A stretch of DNA of 20,642 nt from Geosiphon pyriformis uo1 (GCA_016748015.1 JAAOMT010000567.1:1-20642), one strand, 5' to 3'; positions 9,401 to 20,642 are shown, counted from the stretch's first letter. A program made the numbers and translations. The notes: generated from the sequence alone by a model not told the origin.

Positions 9401-11069
9401 CACACCCTGACATCAGACATGCATTCAAAATATTTAAAAGACATCCCAACACCACTTCCCCACCATGTTTCCAAAACTCATTAGGAATGCCAGACAAGCC
9501 AGCAGCCTTGCCATCCGGCAGGCCCATGACAACTGAAAGTAGTTTACCCTTGTTAATTACATTCATCACGTCTGAAAAGGCATTATCCTTCACATAATCC
9601 AAGGGAGCATATTGGCATGTCCAGAGATCAGACAAAACTGGCAACACATACTTCTTCCTTGTCCACCCCTCCATGATTTCATCAATTTTAAGCTTCACAT
9701 CATCTGGCTCCAACACCAGCTCTTCATCCACCACCAAATGATCCAAAACCACTTTGCGGAAAGGCCGATCCAAGACACTCCTAATTATGCCACCCTTATC
9801 TGAACAAAATTTTTCTATGCATCACTTTATTGCCTTCCTGATGGAAGCTTCCTCGGCCAACCTTGACTCAAACAGCTTCAATTTTCTGTAATCTTTATGC
9901 ACCAATGATAAATGTTTAAAAATTATCTCAGATTTCACACCAGATCCACACAAGTCAGCAAAAACACAAGCTCTGGTATTATCAAGAGTTGACCATTTCT
10001 CCACAAAGCACTTGACCCCAGGCATATCCCCAGAGTGGAAGCACTTAACAATTTTGGCAACCAAAAGCTTCAACCCAAAAAACTTAGAGGAATGCTTATT
10101 CCTAGAGCACTGAAACTTATTAAACCAACATTTTGAAAATATTTCATCAGCTGAAGCAATCATCACCTCCTCCAGGATTGACCACGCAGCATCTTCATTT
10201 CCAAGAGCCAAAGCACTGGAAAACTCACCCATTACCACCAAAAGCATGGCAGATAAATGATCTTTGAATCTAGCCCATCTGAGGCCATCTGCATTCTTGA
10301 ACTTAAACTTTCATCGATCCTTATTAGCCTGTTTGCACAAACTATTCAACTGAATGTCCAAAAGTTTATCCAAGCCAATTGAGACCAAAACAGCATTGTG
10401 ATCAATGTCAAAGAACTCAAAAACAGACTTGATCTAATGACCAGCAAGAGCAGATGCCAAAGTTCCACTGACAAAAACGTAATCAATTGTCTTTTTAGCC
10501 TTTTTGGAATTGCTCCAAGTGGAAGCCCCCACTAGTTGATGGTTGGTAAACGCATTGACCAATCCCATTTTCTGACAGAATTTGAAACTCACACTTCTAC
10601 CTAAACCATTCTTATTAAAGTCCCCACCCAGAATCACAAAGATGTTGGAGTTAACAGCCTTAACTATGAGAGAGTTCATTTCCTCAGCCTGACAAAAACA
10701 AGTCTCAGCTGAAGCACCAGCATATAATCCCAACAAAGTAACTGACAATTTGCTCTTAAATAAGAGCCATACTAAAATCAATTGACCAGGAACCTCCTCC
10801 ACTTTGAACACATGATGAGCCAAAAAATTGTTCACAATGACAGCCATGCCAGCACCTAAAAAACCCTTTTCCACACCAGAAGCAAAGACTCGAATCCCCT
10901 CAAATTTATTGGCAATCTAAAACCCAATACTAGAATGTAGCTTGGTTTCTGTAATAAAAGACATCATATTTCCTGACCACCTATGCCAGCATACTACATC
11001 TTCCTGTTTAGCAAGAATATTGATCCCACAAACATTGCACATAGCAAACTTCCAGATCAGATCACTCAT
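6436..11069 (-). pseudogene. E1 ORF2 pol: APE endonuclease, reverse transcriptase, RNase H, C-terminal CCHC finger; disrupted
   Basis: Starts MSDLIWKFAMCNVCGIN..ITETKL. APE motifs ILGGDFN, TWSN, IDYVFVS, DH. RT motifs NTRPIAFIE, LQDMHKANDSV, LDQGEVFSPLLW, AFVDDT (FVDD 8754-8765), YLG. RNase H motifs VFTNGS, ELQAV, WVKVKGH..GNIRAD. Finger CLLCSEVKLPDHVFSC. Many premature stops; a frameshifting deletion at ~7521 removes the SDS catalytic segment of RNase H. Confidence 0.95.
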
Positions 11070-12950
11070 TGGGGCACAGAAGATGACAGAGAACCCGAAC
11101 TAGAACATAAAAAATCTAACCTAGCCAGCACTGAACCAATAGAAGCTTCCAATAAAGCCAACTTAGTCTCTAGACCACCAACTTTGCTGGTGAGAACTTT
11201 GGAGCTGCTTAGACTAAGATTATGTACATCATCAACCACAGGAGAAAAACAAAAAGCACCTAGTACTGAAGTGCCATTTGAGACTATATCTGAATCTAGC
11301 ATCAAATCCTTAAATGCAGCAGCAGCAATAGGGAAACCAAGAGAGGATGGCACCAAAGGCCCCAGTTCAACAAAGCTCAACCTCTTCACTATACCAGAAA
11401 CTCAGTCAGCCAACAGCTCAAGAGAGTGTTCTAAAGATGCCAAACGTCCTCCCAAAGAAGCAATGTCAACGGACGAGAGAAGAGCAGCACCACCCAAACT
11501 AAAGGCACCAGAAGAAAAAGAACCAGAGCCAAAACCAGAGTCAAAAAGTGGGGGCTGGAGGATAACACATCAGAGACAACTTAAGCCCAAGACTTGCCAC
11601 CAAAGACAGCTGGACGAGAGATAGGAACATTTTTTTAGCATACAACTTAGCCAGTTGAAGGCAATTTGCATCAGAGACAGGCCTTTTAAGAGAAACAGAA
11701 GGCTTAAGAGTAAATGCATCTGGGGCATTGCATTCAAGAGTCGAATGACTACAATGTCCACACTTTTCACATCTAACCAAATCCAACCTAGCCCATGAGA
11801 GTTGCACCCCACTGAAAATAAGCTCAGTACAAAAATCAGAATTCAAATCTCCCTCAGATTCAAAGCCAACCACAGCACAATGAAACCTATTGCCAGCCTC
11901 TAAAGAACAATTGATAATACAAGTTTTTCCTCCAGCCCCATCTAAAAGAGTACCAAGATTGTGTGTAGTCGTTCTCACCAGCAAAATAAACAACAGCACT
12001 CTGAAACAATCTCTAAATGCCCAAATATTCCGATTTCCCATGGCTTTGGCCACATGCACTAAATCTTTCCCGATTAAGAATGACTACTTTGAGACCAACA
12101 GATTAACTTGACTCGATTTGGTGAACTCCACCACAGCCTTTTGCTACATGCTAATCAACTGAATCCTGATAGATTTAATTTCCCCAAATGTGGATACTGC
12201 AGTAATAATTATCTCCTTTGGTGTATTCATGGGAATTTTTTTGATGACTACGGCCTAATCTGAGTGCACTCCTTGTTTTTTGAGATCAGTGTTCACAATA
12301 ATCCCATTTTCCCCAGCCAATGATGTGGCTTTTTCTATGCTCTCTTCAGAAGTGAAAGTAGATCAGATGATCTCTTCAAATTTTGAGAGGGTAGTGGCCC
12401 TTCCAAAATTATTGACTGAAGAAAAAATTTTCTTAACTAGCCAGGTTTTTGCCATTGCTGAATTACTTTCCACAGCTGAAAGATCAATATCTAATGCAAA
12501 TGATTTCTTGACCAATACTTCCACAGAAGTCTTAATAATTTTTAGATCTATTCACTTTTTTTCCAGAGAAATAGGCAAGCAAGGAGGAAGCACAATTTCA
12601 TTATCATCCATAGTGAAGTTAGGAGAGCTAAGTGGAAAGCCAAAAATTGTACCAGTATCAACATGTTTCGCCTTGGAAATAGTGGCAGCTGAGCCCAGCA
12701 AAGACCTTTCATATACACCAGTCATGCCAACATCCTTATCATTACCAGACATACTATCTACATCAGAATACATACTATCACCAGGCCCAAATTTACTCAA
12801 AGAGATATCCTTCTCATTACCAGAGTGTTTAACATTCCCAAGAACCACTTTTTTCTTCTAAACAAAAGAACTACTAGCAGGACCATAAAAAGCACCTTTG
12901 AGTGTCTTCTTTTTAGACATATCACTGCTTGAAGCAGTCTTCAAATCCAT
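11066..12950 (-). pseudogene. E1 ORF1 (gag-like RNA-binding protein: RRM-like domains, CCHC knuckle, coiled coil); disrupted
   Basis: ATG at 12950 (MDLKTASSSDMSKKK). AVVIKKIP...QKAVVEF RRM-like segment. Knuckle CEKCGHCSHSTLEC (C-X2-C-X4-H-X4-C, 11730-11771). Heptad LETKLALLEASIGSVLARL. Ends SVPQ* at 11066. Confidence 0.9.
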
Positions 12951-13320
12951 GACAAAAGGATTATTTAAAAAAATATTGAAAGATTTGGCAAGAAAAAAAA
13001 CCAAAAAACTTCTTCTTTAGAAATGTGACTTATTGAAGATTTTTGGAGGTAAGAAAGAAAGAATTAATCTTAATATATTATTTTAAAACTAAAACAAAAA
13101 CTAAAAAACATAATTATACTAGTAAATTTGTTAAAATATATATTAATAAAAACACTAAAATAGCTCTTAATTTTTGATTAAATAATTAAATAATTATTTT
13201 TTAATATTATATTTAATATATATTATTTTTTAAGTCAATACTAATATTAAAAATCAAAAAATATTAATAAATACATAATTATTTTATTAAACAATAAAAT
13301 ACATTCTAAAACCAAAATTT

Positions 13321-13486
13321 TTTAAGGCTCTTCACCATCGTCTCCTAGTTATTATACAAAAGCGTTTGTATAGTAAAGTCTACTCAAGTGTTTCATGTTT
13401 GTACTGTGATGAAGTGAAAAGTTCCAACCACTTCTTTGTTTGTACGTTTGATTCTAATGCTCATAATAGTATTCTTAGGTCTTATC
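13321..13486 (+). mobile_element. 166-bp fragment of LINE ORF2 Zn-finger region, E2 subfamily, opposite orientation
   Basis: Reads KALHHRLLVIIQKRLYSKVYSSVSCLYCDEVKSSNHFFVCTFDSNAH. Aligns gap-free to the reverse complement of 14355-14520 with 36 mismatches in 166 nt by hand count. Confidence 0.9.
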
Positions 13487-13505
13487 CTGTCTCTTATACA
13501 CATCT
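13487..13505 (+). other. Nextera/Tn5 19-bp mosaic end adapter (library contamination)
   Basis: Exact CTGTCTCTTATACACATCT, the reverse complement of AGATGTGTATAAGAGACAG. Confidence 0.97.
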
Positions 13506-13769
13506 TATAAAAATGTTATTAATAAACTAAATATATATTATATAAACTGTTTTTAAAAGACATATTACATTTTAAAAAAATTTCTATCATATTAATTAGA
13601 AAATTATTCACAAAATTAATATGTAGTTTTATAAAAAACTAAACAGATTTTTGAATATTTAAGCCAAAATTTGCAAATTTAAGAAACAATACTTGAATAA
13701 TTTGCTAAAAATTATTATTAATATTACTTTTTTTTGCTTAAATTTGGTTGAAAAATTTAAAATTATAAA

Positions 13770-13778
13770 GTAACAAAT
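13770..13778 (+). repeat. E2 target-site duplication, left copy GTAACAAA(T); right copy at 20527-20535
   Basis: GTAACAAAT abuts the poly(T) and recurs just beyond the 5' end. Confidence 0.65.
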
Positions 13779-13917
13779 TTTTTTTTTTTATTAACTTTTA
13801 ACAAGTAAAGTCCAAAAGTCATTTAATGCAATACATTAAACTAAGTGATCTAAACTAGGTGCTAATCATGTACTTTCTACATGTGACTAGCTACTCAAAC
13901 CAATCAAAGCAACACTA
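13778..13917 (-). promoter_or_regulatory. E2 3' UTR/tail with hairpin (13867-13885), AATAAA and poly(A)
   Basis: Sense strand CACATG-TAGAAAG-TACATG; conserved with E0 and E1. Confidence 0.75.
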
Positions 13918-16900
13918 TGAATCTATCAGAACAAAAACCATATCATCTATACCAGAAAAAAAACAGCAATGTTTATGAAAACCAAAGCAAATACCAACTG
14001 CCTTAGCAATCCCAAGCAATCTAATTATTCCAGCAGAAAACATACATGACAAATCATGAAACACAGAATACACAAAATCATCAAGTAGAATCAAACTGCC
14101 TTTTTCCATCAAAGTCCTAATCAACCAAATATCCATATAGTAAGCAGTACTCAATTCTCGAACAAAATTAACAATAAATTTTCCCACAACCTTAACATCA
14201 CCCAGAATAGACAAAGCTTCTTGAACCCAATTTCTGAACACAAAGCCTTTGTCCACAGTAGTATACAACATATCATCAATTGTATACAGAGAGAGCATTT
14301 GTAAGACATGAGATAATTGTAAACCCAGTTCAGAAACACAATGCCACTTGGCCAGATGAGACTTGAAAATGCTTTTACGAGCATTAGAGTCAAATGTACA
14401 AACAAAAAAGTGGTTAAAACTTTCTACTTCACCACAGTGTAAACACGAAACACTCAGGTAGATCTTACTATACAAACGCTTCCATACAACAACCAGGAGA
14501 TGGCAGTGAAAGGCCTTTAAAAAATAAGAGCACAAACCAGCCATAGATTTACTAGTAAAGCCAGTTGCCATATGGGAGTCAGAGTGTTATACTGAAGCAG
14601 TATGAAACCAGTTCACATTACCACATAAACTATTATCAATAATATTGAAACCAGGACCAACCTCCCAACAAGCACAATTAATAGACCTGAAAATCTTATG
14701 GGTAAAATGATGAATATTCTCAGATACTGCCACTCTGCCAGCCTTGATAAATTTCTCCTTAACCAAAACAGGAAGTACCAAAAAAGAGTTTTTTGCCAGA
14801 CCAGCTAACTCATTAGCATGCTCATTACCTATAACACTCAAATGTCTTTTTATTTTATGTCAAGAAACATCAAGCCACTTTCTTCTAATTAAATTGACAA
14901 TGCTATGTTACTCCATCCAGCAGTGGTTACAGAAATCCAAAAACACCAGAGCAGATTCAGTCACACACGCATCCAAGGCAGCCTGACTGTCTGAATAAAC
15001 CACTATTGAACTGTTAAAGAGAATACACTCCAAAGCCAAAACAATTGCCTGCAGTTTCACTATAGTCAAAAACACCAATCCACCAACCTTAGCACCAATA
15101 CCCAAATCCAAATCTAAGAAATAAGTAGCAGCACCACACTTCATTTAACATGAACCCAAATCCTTTAACAATCCATCAGTATAAACACTAACAATTCTCA
15201 TATTTGCAAAAGAGAAATACTGGCCCAATCTGGAAACTGCACCCAAGCTGCAAACATTTATAGCCCACAAACCTTCAACACGCAAATCATCAGAAAAAGA
15301 AGATCAAACCAAAAAGTCACAAACCAAAATGAACTAACAAGAGACAGGACCTCTTAGATCAAGTTTCTTCCAATAATAGAAGGTTTTCCAATTGAAAATC
15401 AAATCTTTTTTGGTATATAACTGCTTGACAAAAGCAACCCCAAACTTTTTGAGAGAAGAAGAAACATTATAAAAGTAGATATTAGTGTCCTACCAAGAAA
15501 GCAGAATGCAGAAACAGAGAGATTGTCAAGAAACATATCATAATTCAAAAAAATTCTAATAACACCTGCCAAAAAATTATTGACCAGACTGATATGCAAT
15601 CTAATCAGACAACATAGAGGGTGAATAGGTGACCAATCCAGAATCTGAAGATCCAGAGACCTATGATTGAACAAATGACTAAGAACACCACTAGCATTTA
15701 AGAAACACAACACAAAAGCCACTTTGCATTCAGTCTGTAACTGCTTAAAAGATTTCAAGTCATACAAAGAAGAATAATGAAGAGTCTTATTGGAAAAGTC
15801 TCTTAGAAGACCAGCCTTAAGTTTCAACCCTTTTCTAATCAACATATCTCACTTCATACACACATTCCTAGAAATGAAGCTGAACTGAGTCCTATAACTA
15901 ACAATGGATTGTAATACAGCTGACACTAGATAAAGAAACTGTTTGTCTAAAATAGGTTTTTTAAGAACCAAATTGACAAAAAACTTGATGTTTGGATGTA
16001 TCTTAGCCAAACTGGGTTTGGACAAACCCTCAGATAACAAATAAATGCCAAGATACTGATGAGACTTCTTTTTGCAAGCAATTGAAATTGGCAGACCATT
16101 AATTAACAATAATATATTACTAACCCTCTAATTGATTAGAATGGCTACAGTTTTTTTGTTATTGATAGAAATATTGTTCACTCTGAAAAATTCACTTGCT
16201 GTATCCAAGATATACTGAGTGGCAACCTAATTGCTACTCACTCAAATATTATCATTTACAAATGCACCAACAGCCAGAAACAAAGTCAAACTGCTTTGGT
16301 GTTTTATCCTACCTGTCCTAACTACAAACTTAGTATCAATACTGTATTTACACAAATTTTCTTGTCTCTTGACCTCACACAGAAGGGGATCATAAAAGAT
16401 CTTCCACAGCAAAGAAGAGAAGACCTTACCCTAATCAAAACCATCATGTACCCAATACTCATTAGTAAGACTGAAATCAGTTATAACCCAATTAACACAG
16501 TCATTGTGAACAGAGTCAAAAAACCTAATAAAATGCTCACATATTTTGATTCAAACCAAACTATTATACAAGTAATACTGACTCATAGAGTTATAGACTT
16601 TACACATATCTTGCAGCACAAGCCAAAGTTCACAATCCTTCTTTAAAGCATCTTTTACAACTGAACCAATGGCAAAAATAGGAGACTGAGTAGTAGTGCT
16701 CTTAAGCACAGAAAATTGTTCTTACAAAGTACATTGAATAGATCACATACTGACAAAATCCTGTCAGACAGCAACTTAGAAAGAATCTTACAAGCAGTCT
16801 TAATTAAAGCAATTGGTCTAGTATTTGTTAAGATATCCTTCCACTTATAAGGCTTGGGAATTATTGACACTCAAGCTTCTTTTTAACAGTAGGAAACTGA

Positions 16901-18565
16901 CTCACACACCAAACAAATGTTCAGAAAATTTAGAAGCAAGCCTAGCACAGAATCATCACAATGTTTCCGAAGTTTATTTAAAATACCAGACAAGCCAGCA
17001 GCTTTATCATCTGGTAAATCTTTAATTACACATGTCAAGTCATCCAAACTGATAGCATCTATCACACCAGAAAAAACATCATTGTTAACATAATCCAATA
17101 ACAGATATTGATGCTGCCACAAATCAGGAACACTTTTTAGCACAGCCTTCTTCTTCATCCAGCCTTCCATGATACCATCCACCTTATTCTTAACTTCTAC
17201 TGGGTTCAAAATCAAACCACTATCAGAAATCAAATGATTCAATACCACTTTGTAGAATGGACATTCCAAAACACTATGGATTGTGTGGTCTTTGTTGACC
17301 ACAAAACTCTCCATTCTTTTTTCAATAACTGATCTAATGCCTAACTCCTTAGCTTGCAAAGACTTAGCAAGCTTAGAAACATGATAAAACCTCCTCACAT
17401 TACAAAGAACAGAACAGACACAATCCAAACTTGCACCAGAACTCACAAGATTTCAAACAACAGAAGCTTTGTCACTATTTATAGAAACCCAGCATCTTAA
17501 CAGAGACTCAAATCTGCCAAAACCCATTTTGCAAGAAGTCTTGACAATTTTTGAAACCAAAATTTTCAAGTTATATAACTTAGAAAACTCTTTAGTAAAC
17601 ACCCTATTATAACCCTTAAACCATTTCTTCTTGAAAACACCATTAGCTAAAAAGATTATTACTTTGTGAACAATATTCCACATAGCATCTAAATCAGAGA
17701 ACTTCCTGGCTGACTCAAACTCATCCAAGAACATAGCAGCATTGGCTGCAATAGCGTCTTTAAATTCATTTTATTTTGTTTCATTCACACTTTTGACATC
17801 AAACTTCCAGCAATCCTTATTTATCTGCTTGTATATTAAACCCAAATAGATATCAAACAAACCACCCAAATTCATGGAAGCATAAACAGCTTTGTGATTG
17901 GTATTAAAATAGTCCTCAACATCAGCCATACTATCATCTACTATAGCATTGACCAAACATGAAAAAATAAGAATATAATTGAGAGCTTTAGTGACACCAC
18001 AAAAATTGGTCCACATAGGTGTCTTAACAAACAAACTTTCTCTTAGAGAATTAACTAAACCCAAATCAAAGCACTTCTTGAAGCTAGTATACTTCCAGGT
18101 CCCGTCTTTATTGAAATCACCATCCAAAATAACAAAGGAGAACTTATTTACTGCCTTTACAATAAAAGAGTTGATTTTACCAGCCTGAAAAAACCAAACC
18201 ACCAACAAAGCACCAGCATAGAGTCCTAAAATTGACACAGAAAGATTATTTTTGAAGAGTAACTTGAGAGAAAGAAGTTAACCAAAAACTTTGGAAACCT
18301 TATACATATGTCTTGCCAAAGAATTGTTCATGATAATTGCAACATCAGAACCCAAATGATCAAAGTACAAACCAGATGTGAAAATCCAGACACTATCAAA
18401 TTTATTTATGATCCATGAGTGAATCTTGCCCCTTAACTTAGTTTCAATAACAATAGAAATCAAATTGTTCCTTTCTTTATGCCAATGAATTACATCATGC
18501 TGTTTTGCAAAATTATTCAAACCCCTAACATTGTATGTGGCAATCTTCCAAACTAGACTGGTCAT
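13915..18565 (-). pseudogene. E2 ORF2 pol: APE, RT, RNase H, CCHC finger; disrupted
   Basis: MTSLVWKIATYNVRGLN..IETKL, LDGDFN, NTRPIALIK, LQDMCKVYNS, AFVND (decayed FVDD, 16251-16262), YLGI, VYTDG..KLQAI..YSDSQAAL..GNEHAN, CLHCGEVESFNHFFVC. Confidence 0.95.
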
Positions 18566-20455
18566 TGAGAAGGAGTTTTGAAAAGTGCACTGCCAGCCAA
18601 AATTGAACCATTAAATCTCGCTGTAAGACTTAGAACTGAAGCAGAAAGTCTTTCCAACATGTTTTCCAATTTTTTTACTTCAAGAGAAGCAAAAGAGTCC
18701 AAAGTCGCAGCAGTTTCACCATTTGTGGTCTCACTCAAACCCTTTTTCATCACTACATCACTCACCTGATTCTGTAATGGGAAGGTCACCAGCAGCTAAT
18801 ATTCAGAGCTAGGCTGGGAAACTGCTAGCATAAATAAGTTCAACCTCTTAGCCAACTCACTAATTTGTTCCATAAGGCTGGCAAGACTGCTTTCCAAAAC
18901 AGTAAATCTTTTTTCAACATCACTTATATCAGGGAGAATAGGCTTTATCTCCAAAGAGAAGCCAGAATTGATTGACACTTTTCACACAGAAAGAGGAAGA
19001 AAAGCATTTTCACCAACAATTTTTGCCCAAAAAACCCCACCAAAAGCAACAGGATGAGCAATCAGAACCAAATGCTTAGCATAGATGGTTGCCAACCTGC
19101 TTTTATTTATGTCTGAGAAAGGTCTGTGAGAAGATTTCTCAGAGGAAAAATTCACACCTATAGCACAGCCCAAAGATATATGACTCAATCTCTCACACTC
19201 AATACATTTAGAAAAATCCAAAGGAGACCAATACATATTCACACTCCTTAAAACTGAAGTAATTTCTATGACAGCATTCAAAGAATTGGCCAATTTAAAA
19301 CAAACAACAGTGCATTTGGCCTGAGCATACATAACAGAATGATGATTTATTGTACATGTTTTTCCATTCACAGAGCCAATATAGTCCCAGATGTTATAAG
19401 CAGTTGTTCCTATTGACAGAGTATAGAGCAAAGCCCTATGTTGATTTCTCATGTCCCACAATTCTTTGTCTCAATCAGCTCTGGCCACATGCACAGCATC
19501 TTTTTCAATTAAGATAGACCAACAAACAGTGACTAAATTAGCCTGTTCACTCTTACTAAATTCAACTATAGCCTTTTGCCACAAACCCACCAACTGCATT
19601 TTGATTGACATTACTACACCAAAACCAGATAGTACAGCATGCACAGCTTCAGTTGATGTTTCAACAGGAATTTTCTTTAATACCACAGCCCAATCTGAAC
19701 ACTCAAATGATTTTTTGAGATCGGAGTTTACCAAAATTTTTATTTCTACGGCCTTTTTAGAAGCCTGCACCAGACTCAATTCGGAAGTAAACATTGCTCT
19801 GATGATCCCAGCAAATTTTGAAGAGGTAAAGATCTCTCCAAAACTATTGATTTTTGAAAACAATTTCCTGACAACCACAAGTTTTTCTTGAATAGATTTC
19901 TTAACAATATTATCCAAGTTAATATCCAAAGTGAAAGACTTTCTGACAGAAACATTGACTAAGTTTTTCAAAGGGAGAGAGAACCACAGGTTTGTTCAAA
20001 AGTATATCATCAATATTATCACCCAAGAAGTTAATTTTCCCCAGTGGCTTCCCAAGTGTTTTTTTGGTATGAATCCTTGAACTTTTAGATATTTGCTTTG
20101 AGTTTTCTCCAGTAAGAGCTCTACCATCTTTATGGTCAAAGCTAGTTTCCTTAACTAAACATTTCTCCTCTATATCCATATTATTAGACTCAGTAATATC
20201 ACCAGTTTTAGAACCTCAAGAATAACCACTTAACACCTTAGTAGTAGCAAATTTTCTATTACCAATATTATCCTCCAAAACACCATCTTTTCTCTTTTTT
20301 CTGGACTCAGTAGACTTGACACCAATGTTAAAGCTAGGCTCCATAATTGACTTGTTTAGAACTGCAATACTAGGGCCAACAGTGGTCTTGTAGTCAAGCA
20401 CAAACAGTTTGGAATTAGCATATTGAATGATAAAAATAGAAAATACTTCTTTCAA
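18562..20455 (-). pseudogene. E2 ORF1 (RRM-like domains, CCHC knuckle, coiled coils); disrupted
   Basis: Homologous to E1 ORF1 (KSFTLDI, AVVLKKIP, WQKAIVEF). Knuckle CIECERLSHISLGC (19165-19206). Ends KTPSQ* at 18562. Exact start uncertain (~20400-20455). Confidence 0.9.
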
Positions 20456-20642
20456 AAAATATTTAGGCTCTTTTTTGAGAATTTGGGATAAATGAAAGAA
20501 AGAAGTTTTTTTTTGCTATTTGTCTTGTAACAAATAAAAAATAACCTAAAAAAAAATTTATTGATAAATTTACTTTAAATTTTAAATTTTTTTTAATTAA
20601 TATATCTTATTATATTAACAAAAAATTTATATTTTAATTATA

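Larger units (their letters stand above)
6299..13062 (-). mobile_element. E1: full-length inactivated LINE (non-LTR retrotransposon) with RNase H, ~6.76 kb
   Basis: 5' UTR starting TCTTTCTTTC, ORF1, ORF2 (APE-RT-RNH-ZnF), ~140-nt 3' UTR, A10 tail (T run 6299-6308) and flanking TSD. Confidence 0.95.
13778..20526 (-). mobile_element. E2: full-length inactivated LINE with RNase H, a different subfamily from E1, ~6.75 kb
   Basis: Same organisation as E1. A12 tail (T run 13778-13789), TCTTTCTTTC 5' motif (20503-20494) and TSD. Confidence 0.95.

Noticed and set aside
8529-9773. 414-aa RT ORF as a functional standalone RT (retron, group II intron, DGR or domesticated gene)
   Set aside because: It is the longest stop-free stretch of a dead LINE ORF2, flanked by APE and RNase H remnants, poly(A) and a TSD.
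10983-11624. 213-aa plus-strand ORF and other plus-strand ORFs over E1/E2 (e.g. 12280-12861, 19451-19891)
   Set aside because: Antisense shadows of LINE frames with no recognisable motifs; explained by codon complementarity.
13487-13505. A genuine Tn5/IS50 insertion or horizontal transfer
   Set aside because: The mosaic end is an engineered hybrid sequence; there is no transposase or partner end.
8352-15851. TGA at the same Trp codon in both LINEs (8352 and 15849), suggesting UGA=Trp recoding
   Set aside because: Trp positions also become TAG and TAA, Gln/Arg codons become stops, and frameshifts are present. This is mutational decay.

Overview
Eukaryotic, very AT-rich scaffold segment with two N gaps; it is almost entirely decayed transposons and has no intact host gene. 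The family style resembles Glomeromycotina fungi such as Geosiphon (from recollection, not verified). From left to right: (1) a 296-bp duplication around an N gap, probably an assembly artefact; (2) a heavily mutated Tc1-type DD34E transposase relic (minus, ~1260-1990); (3) a 2.3-kb polyadenylated element, E0 (plus, ~3726-6017), that encodes only a LINE ORF1-like RRM/CCHC protein; (4) two full-length dead LINEs on the minus strand, E1 (6299-13062) and E2 (13778-20526), each with ORF1 (RRM + CCHC knuckle), ORF2 (APE endonuclease, RT, RNase H, Zn finger), poly(A) and a target-site duplication; (5) between them, a 166-bp inverted LINE fragment that ends exactly in a Nextera/Tn5 mosaic-end adapter. 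Main observations: E0 carries the same ~140-nt 3' tail as the two LINEs, including a reconstructable hairpin with an invariant UAGAAAG loop, which points to a LINE plus ORF1-only parasite system. Both LINEs keep an AUGA stop/start overlap between ORF1 and ORF2. All repeats show extreme C>T/G>A transition decay, much of it outside CpG, resembling a RIP-like genome-defence process.
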